NCBI GenBank assembly: GCA_963716255.1
Contig: OY970303.1
Location: 192,001-256,000, forward strand
Origin: an uncultured Gemmatimonadales bacterium
GTDB taxonomy: Bacteria; Gemmatimonadota; Gemmatimonadetes; Longimicrobiales; Longimicrobiaceae
Direction of reading: 5' to 3'
Length of the DNA stretch: 64,000 bases
The notes below the pieces were generated by a model, which saw nothing but the letters and a program-made list of their open reading frames with translations, made no database searches and was not told where the DNA came from. This document shows positions 1 to 11,000 of this stretch, piece by piece (position 1 is the first letter of the stretch; every line of letters starts with the position of its first letter). The position numbers and the translations under genes were made by a program.

Positions 1-1
1 C

Positions 2-1768
2 GCGCAGACCATGCTGGGCGGCGACCTGCGCTGGTCGCCGCTGGACTGGCTGTCGCTGGACGGCAACCTCAGCTACGACCGGCTGGAGGCGGACTACTCG
101 TTCTACCTGCCGCTGGGGACGCTCACGGCCACCAGCGCTCCGTCCACCGGGTCGCTGACGCGCAGCCGCCCCATCAACGACGCCTTCAACGCCTCGGCGG
201 GCGCGAGCCTGCAGCGGCAGTTCGGGAGCCTCACCACCCGGCTCACCGGCCGCGCCCTGGTGGAGCGCCAGACCTTCCGCGGCTTCTCCACCAGCACCAC
301 CGGCCTGAAGCTGTTCGACGTGCCGCAGCTGCAGACCGGGAGCGCCCCCACCCCGCTCTCCAGCGACCAGGAGATCCGCTCCAACGGCTACTTCGTCACG
401 CTGGGGACCGACTACGCGGGCCGCTACATCCTGGACGGGCTGGTACGGCGCGACGGCAGCTCGCTCTTCGGCGCCGAGGAGCGCTACAACACCTACTACC
501 GCGTGAGCGGCGCCTACCGCATGGCCGAGGAGCCGTGGTGGCCGCTGGAGCAGGTGAACGAGTTCAAGCTGCGCTACTCGCGCGGCACCGCGGGGAACCG
601 GCCCAGCTTCGGCGACAGGGACGCAATCCTTTCGCTGGGCGCGGACGGCGTGCTCAACAAGTCCACCCTGGGGAACCCGTTCCTCCGCCCGGAGCACTCC
701 ACCGAGCAGGAGGCCGGGATCGACCTGGTGGCCTGGAACAACCTGTCGGTCCAGGTCACCTACGCCAGCAAGGTCTCCACCGACCAGCTGCACGCCATGC
801 CCGTGGTGGCGGCGTACGGCTACCCCACCCAGTGGCGCAACGTGGGGACGCTGGAGGGGAGCACCCTGGAGGGGTCCGTCGAGGCGCAGATCATGGACCG
901 CGCCAACTTCCGCTGGCGGGCCGGGCTGGTCGCCGACCGCTCGCGCTTCCGCATCACGGAGTGGAACGCGCCCTGTGTGCGGCTCGGCAACTCGTTCCTG
1001 TGCGAGGGCGAGCGCATGGGCTCCATCTACGGCATCAAGATCCTCAACCGCCACGGCGAGCTCCCGGCGCTGCACGCCAACTCGCACGGCGCGTTCGCCG
1101 TCAACGACGACGGCTGGCTGGTCCCGGTGGGCAACGGCGGGAGCCTGGCCGACGCGAAGTGGGGAACCACCGTGAGCATCGACGGCAGGAGCTACGCGTG
1201 GGGGATGCCGCTGGACCTGATGCGCGACGACGGCACCGCGTTCGGGGCCAAGCAGATCGGCGACGGCAACCCCGACTTCCACGTGGGCTTCACCAACACG
1301 CTGAGCTGGCGGGGGCTGACGCTGTACACGCTGCTGGACAGCGAGGGGGGGATGGACCTGTACAACGACACCCGCTCGGCCATGTACAACCCGGCGCTCG
1401 GCGTCCGCCACGGCGACGGCGACCAGAGCGGCAAGGCGCCGGAGGACAAGAAGCCGGTGTCGTACTACTCCACGCTGTACCACGGCTTCGCCACCACCAG
1501 CGCGTTCATCGAGGACGGCACGTACCTCAAGCTGCGCGAGGTGGCGCTGCGGTACGACGTGGGCGGGGCGGGATCGCGGGCGCTGCGCCACTTCGGGGTG
1601 CAGGGAGCCTCCCTGAGCCTGATCGGGCGCAACCTGCTGACCTGGACCCGCTACACCGGGTTCGACCCCGAGGTGGGCCAGCAGTACAACGGCGACTACA
1701 GCCGCATCGACACCTTCGGGTACCCGAACTACCGCACCTACACCGCGGCGATCGAGCTGCAGTTCTGA
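2..1768 (+). CDS. susC: SusC/RagA-family TonB-dependent receptor, C-terminal part (5' truncated by window)
   Basis: RRDGSSLFG, GNPFLRPE, EDGTYLKLREV and GFDPEV motifs; terminal Phe; paralogous to 8088..11216. Confidence 0.92.
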   Translation, partial: AQTMLGGDLRWSPLDWLSLDGNLSYDRLEADYSFYLPLGTLTATSAPSTGSLTRSRPINDAFNASAGASLQRQFGSLTTRLTGRALVERQTFRGFSTSTTGLKLFDVPQLQTGSAPTPLSSDQEIRSNGYFVTLGTDYAGRYILDGLVRRDGSSLFGAEERYNTYYRVSGAYRMAEEPWWPLEQVNEFKLRYSRGTAGNRPSFGDRDAILSLGADGVLNKSTLGNPFLRPEHSTEQEAGIDLVAWNNLSVQVTYASKVSTDQLHAMPVVAAYGYPTQWRNVGTLEGSTLEGSVEAQIMDRANFRWRAGLVADRSRFRITEWNAPCVRLGNSFLCEGERMGSIYGIKILNRHGELPALHANSHGAFAVNDDGWLVPVGNGGSLADAKWGTTVSIDGRSYAWGMPLDLMRDDGTAFGAKQIGDGNPDFHVGFTNTLSWRGLTLYTLLDSEGGMDLYNDTRSAMYNPALGVRHGDGDQSGKAPEDKKPVSYYSTLYHGFATTSAFIEDGTYLKLREVALRYDVGGAGSRALRHFGVQGASLSLIGRNLLTWTRYTGFDPEVGQQYNGDYSRIDTFGYPNYRTYTAAIELQF

Positions 1769-1788
1769 CCCCACGCCCTGGACACACG

Positions 1789-3393
1789 ATGCACATGAGA
1801 CGCATATCGCTCCTCTGCGCCGCGGGCGCGGTCCTGGCGGCCGCCGGCTGCCAGGACCTGGAGGTCACCAACCCCAACGACCCCGAGATCGGGACGGTCC
1901 TCGCCAACGGCGACGCCCTCCAGGCGTACCTCGCGGGCAACTTCCGCAACCTGTGGAGCACGCTCCAGGGGGTGAGGCCCGGCTTCCCCGCCACCACGGC
2001 GGCCGACCAGCTCTCGGGCGTCACCACCTCGTACGCCAACCCCGAGCTTTCCAACGAGCCGCGGGTGGAGCTCCCCAACAACAACAACGTCACCGTCACC
2101 CGCAACGTCCACCGGGAGATGTGGCTGGACCTGTACCGCACCATCTCCATCTCCAACGACGTGCTGCGGGCCATGGACGGCAACCCGCAGCTCCAGGTGG
2201 GCGTCGGCAACGCGGACGCGCCGCGGGCCCGGGCGTACGCCAAGTTCCTACAGGGCGTGGCGCACGGCTACGTGGCCATGTACTACGACCAGGGGTGGAT
2301 CATCGACGAGAAGGTGGCGCTCCCCGCCGACGTGTCGCAGTTCGGCACCGCGGTGCCGCTGCAGCCGCGCGAGGCGGTGCTGGCGGCCTCGGTGGCGCAG
2401 CTCAAGGAGGCCATCGCCCTGTCGCAGACCTCCTTCACCCTCCCCACCACGTGGGTCCCGGGGACCGCGATCAACAACGTGGAGCTGGCCCGGCTGGCCA
2501 ACACCTACATCGCGCGCTTCACCGTGTACGCCGCGCGCAGGCCCTCCGAGCGAAAGGCGACGCCGTGGGCGACGGTGCTCCAGCACCTGGACGCCGGGAT
2601 CGCCCCGGAGGCGGAGAGCAACGCCGTCCGCCACGACTTCGCCCCGGTAGCGGACCCCGCGGCCTCGTTCGCCAGCGCCTTCAAGCAGAACGCGCAGACC
2701 GAATCGCTGCTGCGCGCGGACTACAAGCTGATCGGCCCGGCGGACACCACCGGCGCCTACCAGGCCTGGATCGCCAAGACCCCGGCGACGCGCACGCCGT
2801 TCATCGTCTTCACCCCGGACAAGCGCATCGCCGCCCGGGACAGCACCAACGGCACCTACTTCTCCTTCCGGCGGGTGCAGTCGTTCGCGTCCACGCTGGG
2901 CACGTACCACCAGTCGTTCTACTTCCTGAACCGCTTCAACAACGCTTCGGGGAGCGCGCGCAGCTGGGAGACGGGCCCGCAGCCGGTGGTCACCCGCGCG
3001 GAGCTGGACCTGATCCGCGCCGAGGCGTACCTGAACACCGGCGACCCGGCCCGCGCCGCCGAGCTGATCAACCGCACCCGCGTGCGCAACGGCGGGCTCC
3101 CCCCGGTGACCGCGGCGGGGGTGCCCGCGGGGCGCGCGTGCGTCCCCAGGACCCAGCGGGGCGACTGCGGGTCGCTGTTCGACGCGCTGCGCTACGAGAA
3201 GCGCATGGAGACGGCGGGCGTGGAGGGGAGCACCGCGTACTGGGACGCGCGGGGCTGGGGGACGCTCCTGGTCGGCACGCCGGTGCACTTCCCGGTGCCC
3301 TGGCGCGAGCTGGAGCTGATCGGCGCCCCCCTCTACACCTTCGGCGGGGGCGGGCCGGGGAGCGTCACGGCCGCCGACACCATCCCGCAGTAG
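1789..3393 (+). CDS. susD: SusD/RagB-family lipoprotein
   Basis: Lipobox LAAAGC-QDL; RAELDLIRAEA and YEKRME motifs; directly after susC. True start is internal to the 535..3393 ORF. Confidence 0.88.
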   Translation: MHMRRISLLCAAGAVLAAAGCQDLEVTNPNDPEIGTVLANGDALQAYLAGNFRNLWSTLQGVRPGFPATTAADQLSGVTTSYANPELSNEPRVELPNNNNVTVTRNVHREMWLDLYRTISISNDVLRAMDGNPQLQVGVGNADAPRARAYAKFLQGVAHGYVAMYYDQGWIIDEKVALPADVSQFGTAVPLQPREAVLAASVAQLKEAIALSQTSFTLPTTWVPGTAINNVELARLANTYIARFTVYAARRPSERKATPWATVLQHLDAGIAPEAESNAVRHDFAPVADPAASFASAFKQNAQTESLLRADYKLIGPADTTGAYQAWIAKTPATRTPFIVFTPDKRIAARDSTNGTYFSFRRVQSFASTLGTYHQSFYFLNRFNNASGSARSWETGPQPVVTRAELDLIRAEAYLNTGDPARAAELINRTRVRNGGLPPVTAAGVPAGRACVPRTQRGDCGSLFDALRYEKRMETAGVEGSTAYWDARGWGTLLVGTPVHFPVPWRELELIGAPLYTFGGGGPGSVTAADTIPQ

Positions 3394-3411
3394 CCGGCCG
3401 GCCACAGCGCG

Positions 3412-3455
3412 GAAAAGGAACGGCCGCCTCCTCGCGGGGGCGGCCGTTCCTTTTC
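3412..3455. terminator. Bidirectional intrinsic terminator
   Basis: AAAAGGAACGGCCGCC..GGCGGCCGTTCCTTTT between convergent genes. Confidence 0.8.
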
Positions 3456-3469
3456 GCTTCGCGGGTCGA

Positions 3470-4702
3470 CTAGCTGCCCCGCAGCCGTTTCTCCAGCCTG
3501 AACACCTGCACGTACTCCACACCCAGCTCGTCCTGCGCAACGCCGAGCACGTAGTCCTCCCCGATGTCCGTCGGGCCGAAGCGCGCCGGCATGGCGACCC
3601 CGCCGAGCATTCTCCCGCCCGGGTCGAACACAGTCCACGTCGCGGAACCCTCCATGGGCACGGCGAAGTCCCTCACCCAGAGGTTGCCGCCGCGGTCCGC
3701 GACCAGCGCCGAGTAGAACGGCAGCGTCGCGGGGCGCGGCATCGCCGTGTACACGGCTTCCATCCTCCCGCGCCACTCGCGGCCCATCCCCTCCAGGCTC
3801 GCCTCAACGGCGGCCGCGTAGTCCGCCGCCGTGGCGGGGCGTGGGTCCATTTCCCGGCGGACCCGCCGCTCCAGCCTGCCGTCGAGGGAGTAGACGCCCA
3901 GCTCGTAGGCGCGGTTGGAGCCGACGACCAGCCGCCCCCCTGCAAGGCCGCTCACGGCGTTCTTCCCGAGCAGCAGCGGGGCGGTCGTGAATCCCACCTT
4001 CCCAACGCCGCCCATCACGAACGATTCCCCGCCCGGCAGCACCGCCACCGTGTCGAGCAGGACCCCCGCAGCGGAGTAGCGCAGGTAGTCGATGGAATCC
4101 GCGCGGACGCCCCCGGCAATCTCACCGGGGCCGAACGAGTGCCCCACCGCCACGAGCATCGACCCGTCGGCCAGGCGGCCGAGGAGCTGCGGCGGTGGGA
4201 ACACCGCGTCCGGGAGGTCGAGGAGGCTCACGGATCGGGCGAAGGCGCCCTCCGGGGCGAAGACCGAGATGCGCCGCAGCGTCCAATCGAAAACCAGGAG
4301 CGAGTCGCCCGGCAGGAGCCGGAGCGAGGCCAGCTCCTCGAATTCCCCAGGACCCCCACCCTGTCGCCCGCTGGACCGGAGGAACCTGCCGGCGGCATCG
4401 TAGAAGCGGAGGGCGCGGAGCCCCGCGTCGGCCACGACGATTCCTCCATCGGAGCGGCGGACGGCGCCGATCACGAGTTCGAGCTGGTACTCCGGGGCCC
4501 CTTCCAGCTCCCCGATTCGGAGGACCGGCTCGGTGGAGAGGCGCCAGCCCTCCCCCTCGCGCCACGCGGGTGCCTCGCTCGTGACGACCCGCACCCCCGC
4601 GCTGTCACGCGCCTCCGCGGCCCCGGCGCTCCCACGCGTGTCCCCGCACGCGGCCAGGAGAAGCAGCAACGCCAGTGCGCCCGCGTTGGAGGTCTTGCTC
4701 AT
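3470..4702 (-). CDS. 6-bladed beta-propeller (NHL-like) lipoprotein
   Basis: Lipobox LLLAAC; RDSAGVRVV, GRQGGGPGEF and DELGVEYV motifs; start taken at MSKTSN. Confidence 0.8.
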   Translation of the reverse strand: MSKTSNAGALALLLLLAACGDTRGSAGAAEARDSAGVRVVTSEAPAWREGEGWRLSTEPVLRIGELEGAPEYQLELVIGAVRRSDGGIVVADAGLRALRFYDAAGRFLRSSGRQGGGPGEFEELASLRLLPGDSLLVFDWTLRRISVFAPEGAFARSVSLLDLPDAVFPPPQLLGRLADGSMLVAVGHSFGPGEIAGGVRADSIDYLRYSAAGVLLDTVAVLPGGESFVMGGVGKVGFTTAPLLLGKNAVSGLAGGRLVVGSNRAYELGVYSLDGRLERRVRREMDPRPATAADYAAAVEASLEGMGREWRGRMEAVYTAMPRPATLPFYSALVADRGGNLWVRDFAVPMEGSATWTVFDPGGRMLGGVAMPARFGPTDIGEDYVLGVAQDELGVEYVQVFRLEKRLRGS

Positions 4703-4812
4703 GGGTTCTCGGTTGAAGGTTCGAGCAACCCAATTCCACCGAAACAAAATCGCCTCATCGATTGCTGAGGTTGCAGGATGGTGCGGTGTTGGAAAGGACC
4801 CCAACAGAAGCG

Positions 4813-5334
4813 TCAGATCGGGCGTTCAGGAGTCGTGTCGCTGACAGAGGAGGTGCCAAGTTCCCTCAACAACCTTCGGGCATGCTCCGCAGATTGGATT
4901 TGGTTAAAGGGTGCAATGAACCGGACCCGGTCTGACGCATCGGATATCACGATGATGGGAGTGGTGGTATAGCCGAGAGTCCGAAGGGCCGCGGCTGCCC
5001 TCGGTGACGCCTGCGAGACGATGGGAAAGGCTGCATTCATTTTCCTGGAGACCGCAGTAGCGGCAACTGGCTCCCTCGACAGAACGACGCCGCGCACCGA
5101 CGCAAGCCCCTGCCTGGCAACCTCGTTCCAGATTCGCAGCCTCGTAATTTGGGCATCGCAGTCTTCGGGCTGCAGCAACAGAGTCACGAGCAGGCCAGGG
5201 GTCATGCCCCGGTCCAGTGAACCAGCATGAATTGTCGTCAGAACAGGGCGACTGTTTCCCCTTCTGGCATTCAGCGTCCAACCTGCGATGGCGGCCAGGA
5301 CGACGTAGCAGCTCCCGATGAGCACCGTCCTCAC
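4813..5334 (-). CDS. Membrane-anchored hypothetical protein, possible thioredoxin-like fold
   Basis: N-terminal TM segment; LLLQPEDC at the usual CxxC position (single Cys); GYTTTPIIVISD resembles the cis-Pro motif; low GC. Confidence 0.55.
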   Translation of the reverse strand: MRTVLIGSCYVVLAAIAGWTLNARRGNSRPVLTTIHAGSLDRGMTPGLLVTLLLQPEDCDAQITRLRIWNEVARQGLASVRGVVLSREPVAATAVSRKMNAAFPIVSQASPRAAAALRTLGYTTTPIIVISDASDRVRFIAPFNQIQSAEHARRLLRELGTSSVSDTTPERPI

Positions 5335-5752
5335 CTTGGCGGCTTGGTCTTACGTCAATTTCGGCATGTGAATGGGATTTCCGCGCTCGGGTTGGAGCTC
5401 GAGTCTGAGCGGAGCCGACAGGCTGCTTGTCCATGATGGAAAACCCTTGCATGACCCTCTCATGGACGGGTGGGAACGTGGTCGTCCGTGCAATGGTGGG
5501 AGCACAGACCGTGTCGAAGTCCGGCGGGGCGCCCACCAACCGACCCTCCCGCAATTCATTTCCAGCGTGTTGTGATTCTCGTCAAGCAGATCGGCAGTGT
5601 GACGATGTTGGGTGTTGATCGGGGGCAGTGGCGTCCGCGTCCCGTGGTTCGACATCGCCTGGCTTGCGCAACAACCGACTTGACGTCAGCGCCTAGGCGC
5701 GACGTTCACCTCACGCACCTTGTTGCTTCACGACGAAGTATCCCCGGAGCCA

Positions 5753-5968
5753 TCACCCCGACTGCTCGCCTTCGACCCAATAGCCATAATTGCAGATGTA
5801 ATTCCCCAGGTCCATGTTCATATACGTCAGGGTGCACCTCGTATTCGTACAGAAGTCCGTTCTGCAGGATCCAGCCGCCAGAGCCGTGTTCGGTGTGGAT
5901 AGTTCGACCAAGCCGACCACGATCACCCCGGCAAGTAGAAATCTTAGATGATCTTTCCAGGAAAGCAT
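5753..5968 (-). CDS. Small secreted Cys-rich peptide (71 aa)
   Basis: RBS GAGGTG before ATG; signal peptide ending TALA; mature part AGSCRTDFCTNTRC..ICNYGYW with 4 Cys. Confidence 0.65.
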   Translation of the reverse strand: MLSWKDHLRFLLAGVIVVGLVELSTPNTALAAGSCRTDFCTNTRCTLTYMNMDLGNYICNYGYWVEGEQSG

Positions 5969-6450
5969 CACACCACCTCGCTTATGGAGGATGATAGGGG
6001 TCGACTGAGCACTGCCAAGGTATACGGACACCACGCCGTCGTATCCCCGTGCTATTTACGCGGCTAATCAATTTGCATTGTCACCGCCAACCTCCTTGCC
6101 TGCACATCAAACCCAAAGTCGGGGCTCCGATCAGATCGTCACCGCCACGAAGTGAGACTAGCAGAGGCGCCGCGTCACGCGCCAAGGCTCAGGACGCGAC
6201 TGACCACGATAGCGCGGGCACGGCAGGGCGGTAAGCAATCGCTCGAACTATAATAATGTCTGTTCATCAAAGCCGTGCACCAGGGGCGCACCGGGCAGCG
6301 TAGTGACCCGCCGGCACTTTCAACAAGATTGCGGCAATCCCCTGCGTCCCCTGTTCCAGCACCCTGATCATCCCATGTCGGGCCGGGTGTTCCCAACCGC
6401 CCCAAGATTCGGTAAGTTTCGGGCTCACATCACCCTCTGCCGCCTGAAGC

Positions 6451-7794
6451 ATGCAGACACGTACCGAGCTGATCGAGGGGCTGCTCGCGCGGTTCCCGCA
6501 CATCCCCCGCGAGGCGGTCTTCAAGGAAGACCTGCTGCGCACCGGGATCGCCTTCGACGACTCCGCCCTCACGGACAACCTGGAGGGCGAGGTCAAGCCG
6601 AAGTCCTACTTCATCTTCAGCTTCGACCAGAAGCCGCTGCGCGAGCTGGGGCAGGCCCGGCTGCGCCGCCCGCCCGAGGAGGTCGCGCTCACCGGCGGGC
6701 CGCACGCGCTGCGCCGCACCATCGTTTCCGTGCGCACCAACCCCGATTCGCCGTACCGGGTGTCGCGCGGCGAGGACGGGGGGCTCACGCTGTCGCTGGA
6801 CGGGAGCCTGCTCGCGGACGTGGGGCTGCCTCCCATGCCGGAGTACTACCGGCACGCGCTCGCCAACGGAAAGACGGTGATGGAAACGGCGCCCACCATC
6901 CAGTGGGGCTACCTGATCTACCTCACCGTGCTCCGGCTCTGCCAGTACTTCGGCGCCAAGGAGGAGTGCCAGTACTGCGACATCAACCACAACTGGCGCC
7001 AGCACAAGCAGGAGGGCCGCCCCTACACCGGGGTCAAGCCGGTGGAGGACGTGCTGGAGGCGCTGGCGATCATCGACCGCTACGACACCGGGCGCACCTC
7101 GCACGCCTACACCCTCACCGGCGGGAGCGTGACCTCGCGGGTGGACGGGCTGGAGGAGGCCGACTTCTACGGGCGCTACGCCCAGGCCATCGAGGAGCGC
7201 TTCCCGGGGCGCTGGATCGGCAAGGTGGTGGCGCAGGCGCTCCCCAAAGCCGACGTGCAGCGCTTCAAGGACTACGGCATCAAGATCTACCACCCCAACT
7301 ACGAGGTGTGGGACAAGCGCCTGTTCGAGCTCACCTGCCCGGGCAAGGAGCGCTACGTGGGGCGCGAGGAGTGGCACCGCCGCATCCTGGACGCCGCCGA
7401 GATCTTCGGGCCCCGCTACGTGATCCCCAACTTCGTGGCCGGCGTGGAGATGGCGCGGCCGTACGGCTTCGCCACCGTGGACGAGGCCATCGCCTCCACC
7501 ACCGAGGGGCTGGAATACTTCATGTCGCGCGGGGTGACGCCGCGCTTCACCACCTGGTGCCCGGAGCCGGCCACCCCGCTGGGCCGCGACAACCCGCAGG
7601 GGGCGCCGCTGGAGTACCACATCCGCCTGCTGGAGGCGTACCGCGAGACGCTGGACAAGCACGGCCTGCAGCCGCCGCCGGGGTACGGGCCCCCGGGCCC
7701 CGGCAACGCCGTGTTCTCCGTGAGCTCGTTCATGGACACGATGGCGCCCGTCCCGGAGAACGCGGACGAGCTGATGGCGGTGGGGGCGGACTGA
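6451..7794 (+). CDS. Radical SAM protein with CX8CX2C motif (biotin-synthase-related, COG2516-like)
   Basis: CQYFGAKEECQYC; TLTGG motif; NYEVWD..F...CPGK. Confidence 0.8.
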   Translation: MQTRTELIEGLLARFPHIPREAVFKEDLLRTGIAFDDSALTDNLEGEVKPKSYFIFSFDQKPLRELGQARLRRPPEEVALTGGPHALRRTIVSVRTNPDSPYRVSRGEDGGLTLSLDGSLLADVGLPPMPEYYRHALANGKTVMETAPTIQWGYLIYLTVLRLCQYFGAKEECQYCDINHNWRQHKQEGRPYTGVKPVEDVLEALAIIDRYDTGRTSHAYTLTGGSVTSRVDGLEEADFYGRYAQAIEERFPGRWIGKVVAQALPKADVQRFKDYGIKIYHPNYEVWDKRLFELTCPGKERYVGREEWHRRILDAAEIFGPRYVIPNFVAGVEMARPYGFATVDEAIASTTEGLEYFMSRGVTPRFTTWCPEPATPLGRDNPQGAPLEYHIRLLEAYRETLDKHGLQPPPGYGPPGPGNAVFSVSSFMDTMAPVPENADELMAVGAD

Positions 7795-7844
7795 CCGCGC
7801 GAGGGGGCCGGCGCCGACAGGCACCGGCCCCTTGGTTGCGGCCC

Positions 7845-7873
7845 TTGACAGCACTGACGCAGTCGCCTATCAC
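7845..7873 (+). promoter_or_regulatory. Putative sigma-70 promoter for the second susCD
   Basis: TTGACA-17 bp-TATCAC, just after a GC hairpin at 7802-7832. Confidence 0.45.
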
Positions 7874-8087
7874 TATACGCACCTTAAACCTGCGACAGTA
7901 ACCCGTAGCACCGCCGGGCCGGTCCCGGCGAATCCCCAAGTCTCTGCCGGCGAACTCCGCGCCGGGCTTCACGATCCGGGAATTCCAATGTGCCGGCCGC
8001 GCACCCCTGCGGCCGCGTCGTTGTTTTCCATCCGTTCCACCCGCGGAGCGCCGCTCCGCATTCCCCCCCCCTCGCACGGAGGAACCC

Positions 8088-11000
8088 GTGAGACTTCGAA
8101 CGTCGTTGAAGGGAGCGCTGCTGGCATCGCTGCTGGCACTCGCTCCGGCCTGGGCCGACCCCCTGCTCGCGCAGGACGCGTCGGTCAGCGGCCAGGTCAC
8201 GGACCAGAACACAGGCCGGCCCCTGGCCGGCGCGCAGGTGACCCTCGGCGGGTCCTCGCTCCGCGCCGTGACGGGCGCCGACGGCCGGTACGGGATCGCC
8301 AACGTCCCCGCCGGGAGCTACAACCTGACCGCCTCGCTCATCGGCTACGGCGAGGTGCGGCGCGACGGCATCCGCGTCGCCGCCGGCACGCCGTCCGTGG
8401 TCAACTTCCAGATGACCTCGCAGGCGCTTACGCTGGACGAGCTGGTGGTCACGGGCGTGACCGACCCCACCTCGCTCACGCGGGTCCCGTTCACCGTCGG
8501 CAAGATCAACGAGGACAAGCTGGTCGTCCCCGCCGCCGGCTCGCCCATCGCGTCGCTGCAGGGCAAGATGGCGGGCGTGCAGGTGGTGCGCGGCAGCGGC
8601 CAGCCCGGCTCCGACGTCGCCGTGCAGCTCCGCAGCCCCACCAGCATCCAGCGCTCCACCGCGCCGCTCCTGGTGGTGGACGGGGTGATCCTCGGCTCCA
8701 GCTCGGTCGACATCGAGTCGCTGGACGTGGAAAGCATCGAGGTGCTCAAGGGCGCCGCCGCCGCCGGCCTGTACGGCTCGCGCGCCGGCTCGGGCGTGAT
8801 CCAGATCCGCACCCGCCGCGGGCGCAGCCTGCAGGACGGGACGCTGCGCCTCAACGCGCGCCAGGAGTTCGGCGTCAACTCGCTGATGCGCGACGTGCCG
8901 CTCTCCGGCAGCCACGAGTTCAACATCAACGGCGCCGGCCAGTACCTGACCTCCACGGGCGCGATCGCCACCACCCGCGCGCAGCGCACCGCCACCGAGG
9001 CGCGCTTCCAGGACCAGGCCTTCCCGGGGACCATCTACAACCCCATCAAGCAGTTCTTCGACCCGGGCAACTTCTCCAACACCTCGGTGTCGCTGTCGCA
9101 GAACCTCACCAACACGAACTACTACGTGTCGGCGATCGCGGCCCGCGAGGCCGGCGTCCTGCTCGAGAACGAGGGGCTGCGCCGCTACGACTTCCGCATC
9201 AACCTGGACCAGCGGGCTTCCGACAAGCTCAACTTCCAGGTGTCGGCGTACCACATGCGGTCGCACCGCGACGACCTGTCCGGGTCTCCGTTCCAGGACC
9301 TGCTGCTGATGCCGCGCGACGTGGACCTGCTGTCCAAGAACGAGAACGGCGAGTACCTGTACCAGCCGGATCCCACCGCGCCGCTGGAGAACCCCATCTG
9401 GCGCCAGACCAGCCGGGACAACAACTCCAAGCGCGAGCGGACCACCGCCTCGGTCGCGGGCCGCTACCAGCCGCTCGGCTGGCTCTCCTTCGAGGGCGAC
9501 TTCGCGTACGACCGGTCCAACCGCTTCTCGGACCAGTACGTCCCCAAGGGCACGCCCTTCCTCAGCGGGACCGACCCGCAGGGAACGCTGCAGAACGACC
9601 AGACGTCGGCGGACGCGATCAACGCCTCCTTCGGCGCCACCCTGCGCGGCGACATCGGCGCGCTGAGCACGCGCACTGTGCTCCGCACGCAGGCGGAGAA
9701 GGAGGACGAGTACTTCTTCCGCGCCTACGGCGAGGGTTTCGTCACGCGCGGCGTGCCGGACCTGGACCAGGCCCGCACCCGGACGGTGAGCTCGGCGTCC
9801 GAGGACATCCGCTCCAACGCGTACCTGCTCAACACCAACTTCGACTACGCGGGCCGCTACATCCTCGACCTGGCCGGGCGCCGCGAGGGCAGCTCGCTCT
9901 TCGGGCCCGACGAGCGCTGGCAGAACTACTACCGCGCGAGCGCCGCCTGGCGCATGGCGGAGGAGTCGTGGTGGCCGGTCTCCTGGATCCAGGAGTTCAA
10001 GCCGCGCTACTCCGTGGGCACCGCCGGCGGCCGCCCCAACTACGCGGACCAGTACGAGACCTACGCGGTCACCAGCAGCGGCGCCATCTCGCTGGGTGAC
10101 AAGGGCAACCGCGAGCTCCGCCCGGAGCACGCCCGCGAGCAGGAAGTCGGCGTCGACATGATCGGCTTCAACGGCCGCGTGTCGCTGCAGCTGTCCTACG
10201 CCAACGTGGTCACCACCGACCAGATCATCCAGCTCCCGCCCAAGGGCGCCACCGGGTTCTTCTCCCAGTGGGCCAACGGCGGCACCATGACGGGCAACAC
10301 CCTGGAGGCCACCCTGGAGGCGCAGCTCGTCCAGCGCGGCGACATGAGCTGGAGCGTAGGACTCATCGCCGACCGCTCCCGCCACAAGATCACGGAGTGG
10401 GACCGCAGCTGCTTCGTATCGGGCGTGACCTACCGCTGCCTCAACGAGACGCTCGGCATCTACTACGGCCGCCGCTTCCTCTCCGGGATGGACCAGCTGC
10501 CGGCGAACCTGCAGCCGTTCGCCGACCAGTTCACCGTGAACGACGACGGCTACGTGGTGTGGGTCGGCCAGGGGAACAGCGCCGCGGACGGCACCAAGCG
10601 CAACACCGCCGGCCAGCTCCTGTGGAACACCTCCGGCACGGTCGCCGGGCGCGCGGTCCGCTGGGGCCACCCGCTGGTGCAGCTCGACTCGCTGGGCGCG
10701 CCGGCGCTGGTCCGCATCGGCGACGGGCTTCCCCGGTTCCACTGGGGCCTGACCAACTCGTTCCGCCTGGGCGGGCTGTCGGTGTTCGGCGTGCTGGACT
10801 CGCAGGTGGGCGCCGAGGTGTACAACAGCACCAAGCAGCGCATGTACCAGTACTTCCGCCACGCGGACGTGGACCAGGCCGGCAAGGCCGAGGAAGACAA
10901 GAAGCCGATCGACTACTACTTCACGGTCTACAACGGCAACAACCCCACGGAAAGCTTCGTGGAGGACGCCTCGTACGTGAAGCTGCGCGAGCTCTCGGTG

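Noticed and set aside
5335..5750. Additional ORFs in the low-GC gap
   Set aside because: No convincing RBS, motif or composition; left unannotated
6249..6254. TATAAT as the promoter of the radical SAM gene
   Set aside because: No -35 or extended -10 element at the proper spacing
5753..7794. Sactipeptide/ranthipeptide cluster
   Set aside because: The radical SAM lacks SPASM/RRE features, the peptide has an export signal rather than a RiPP leader, and there is no peptidase-transporter
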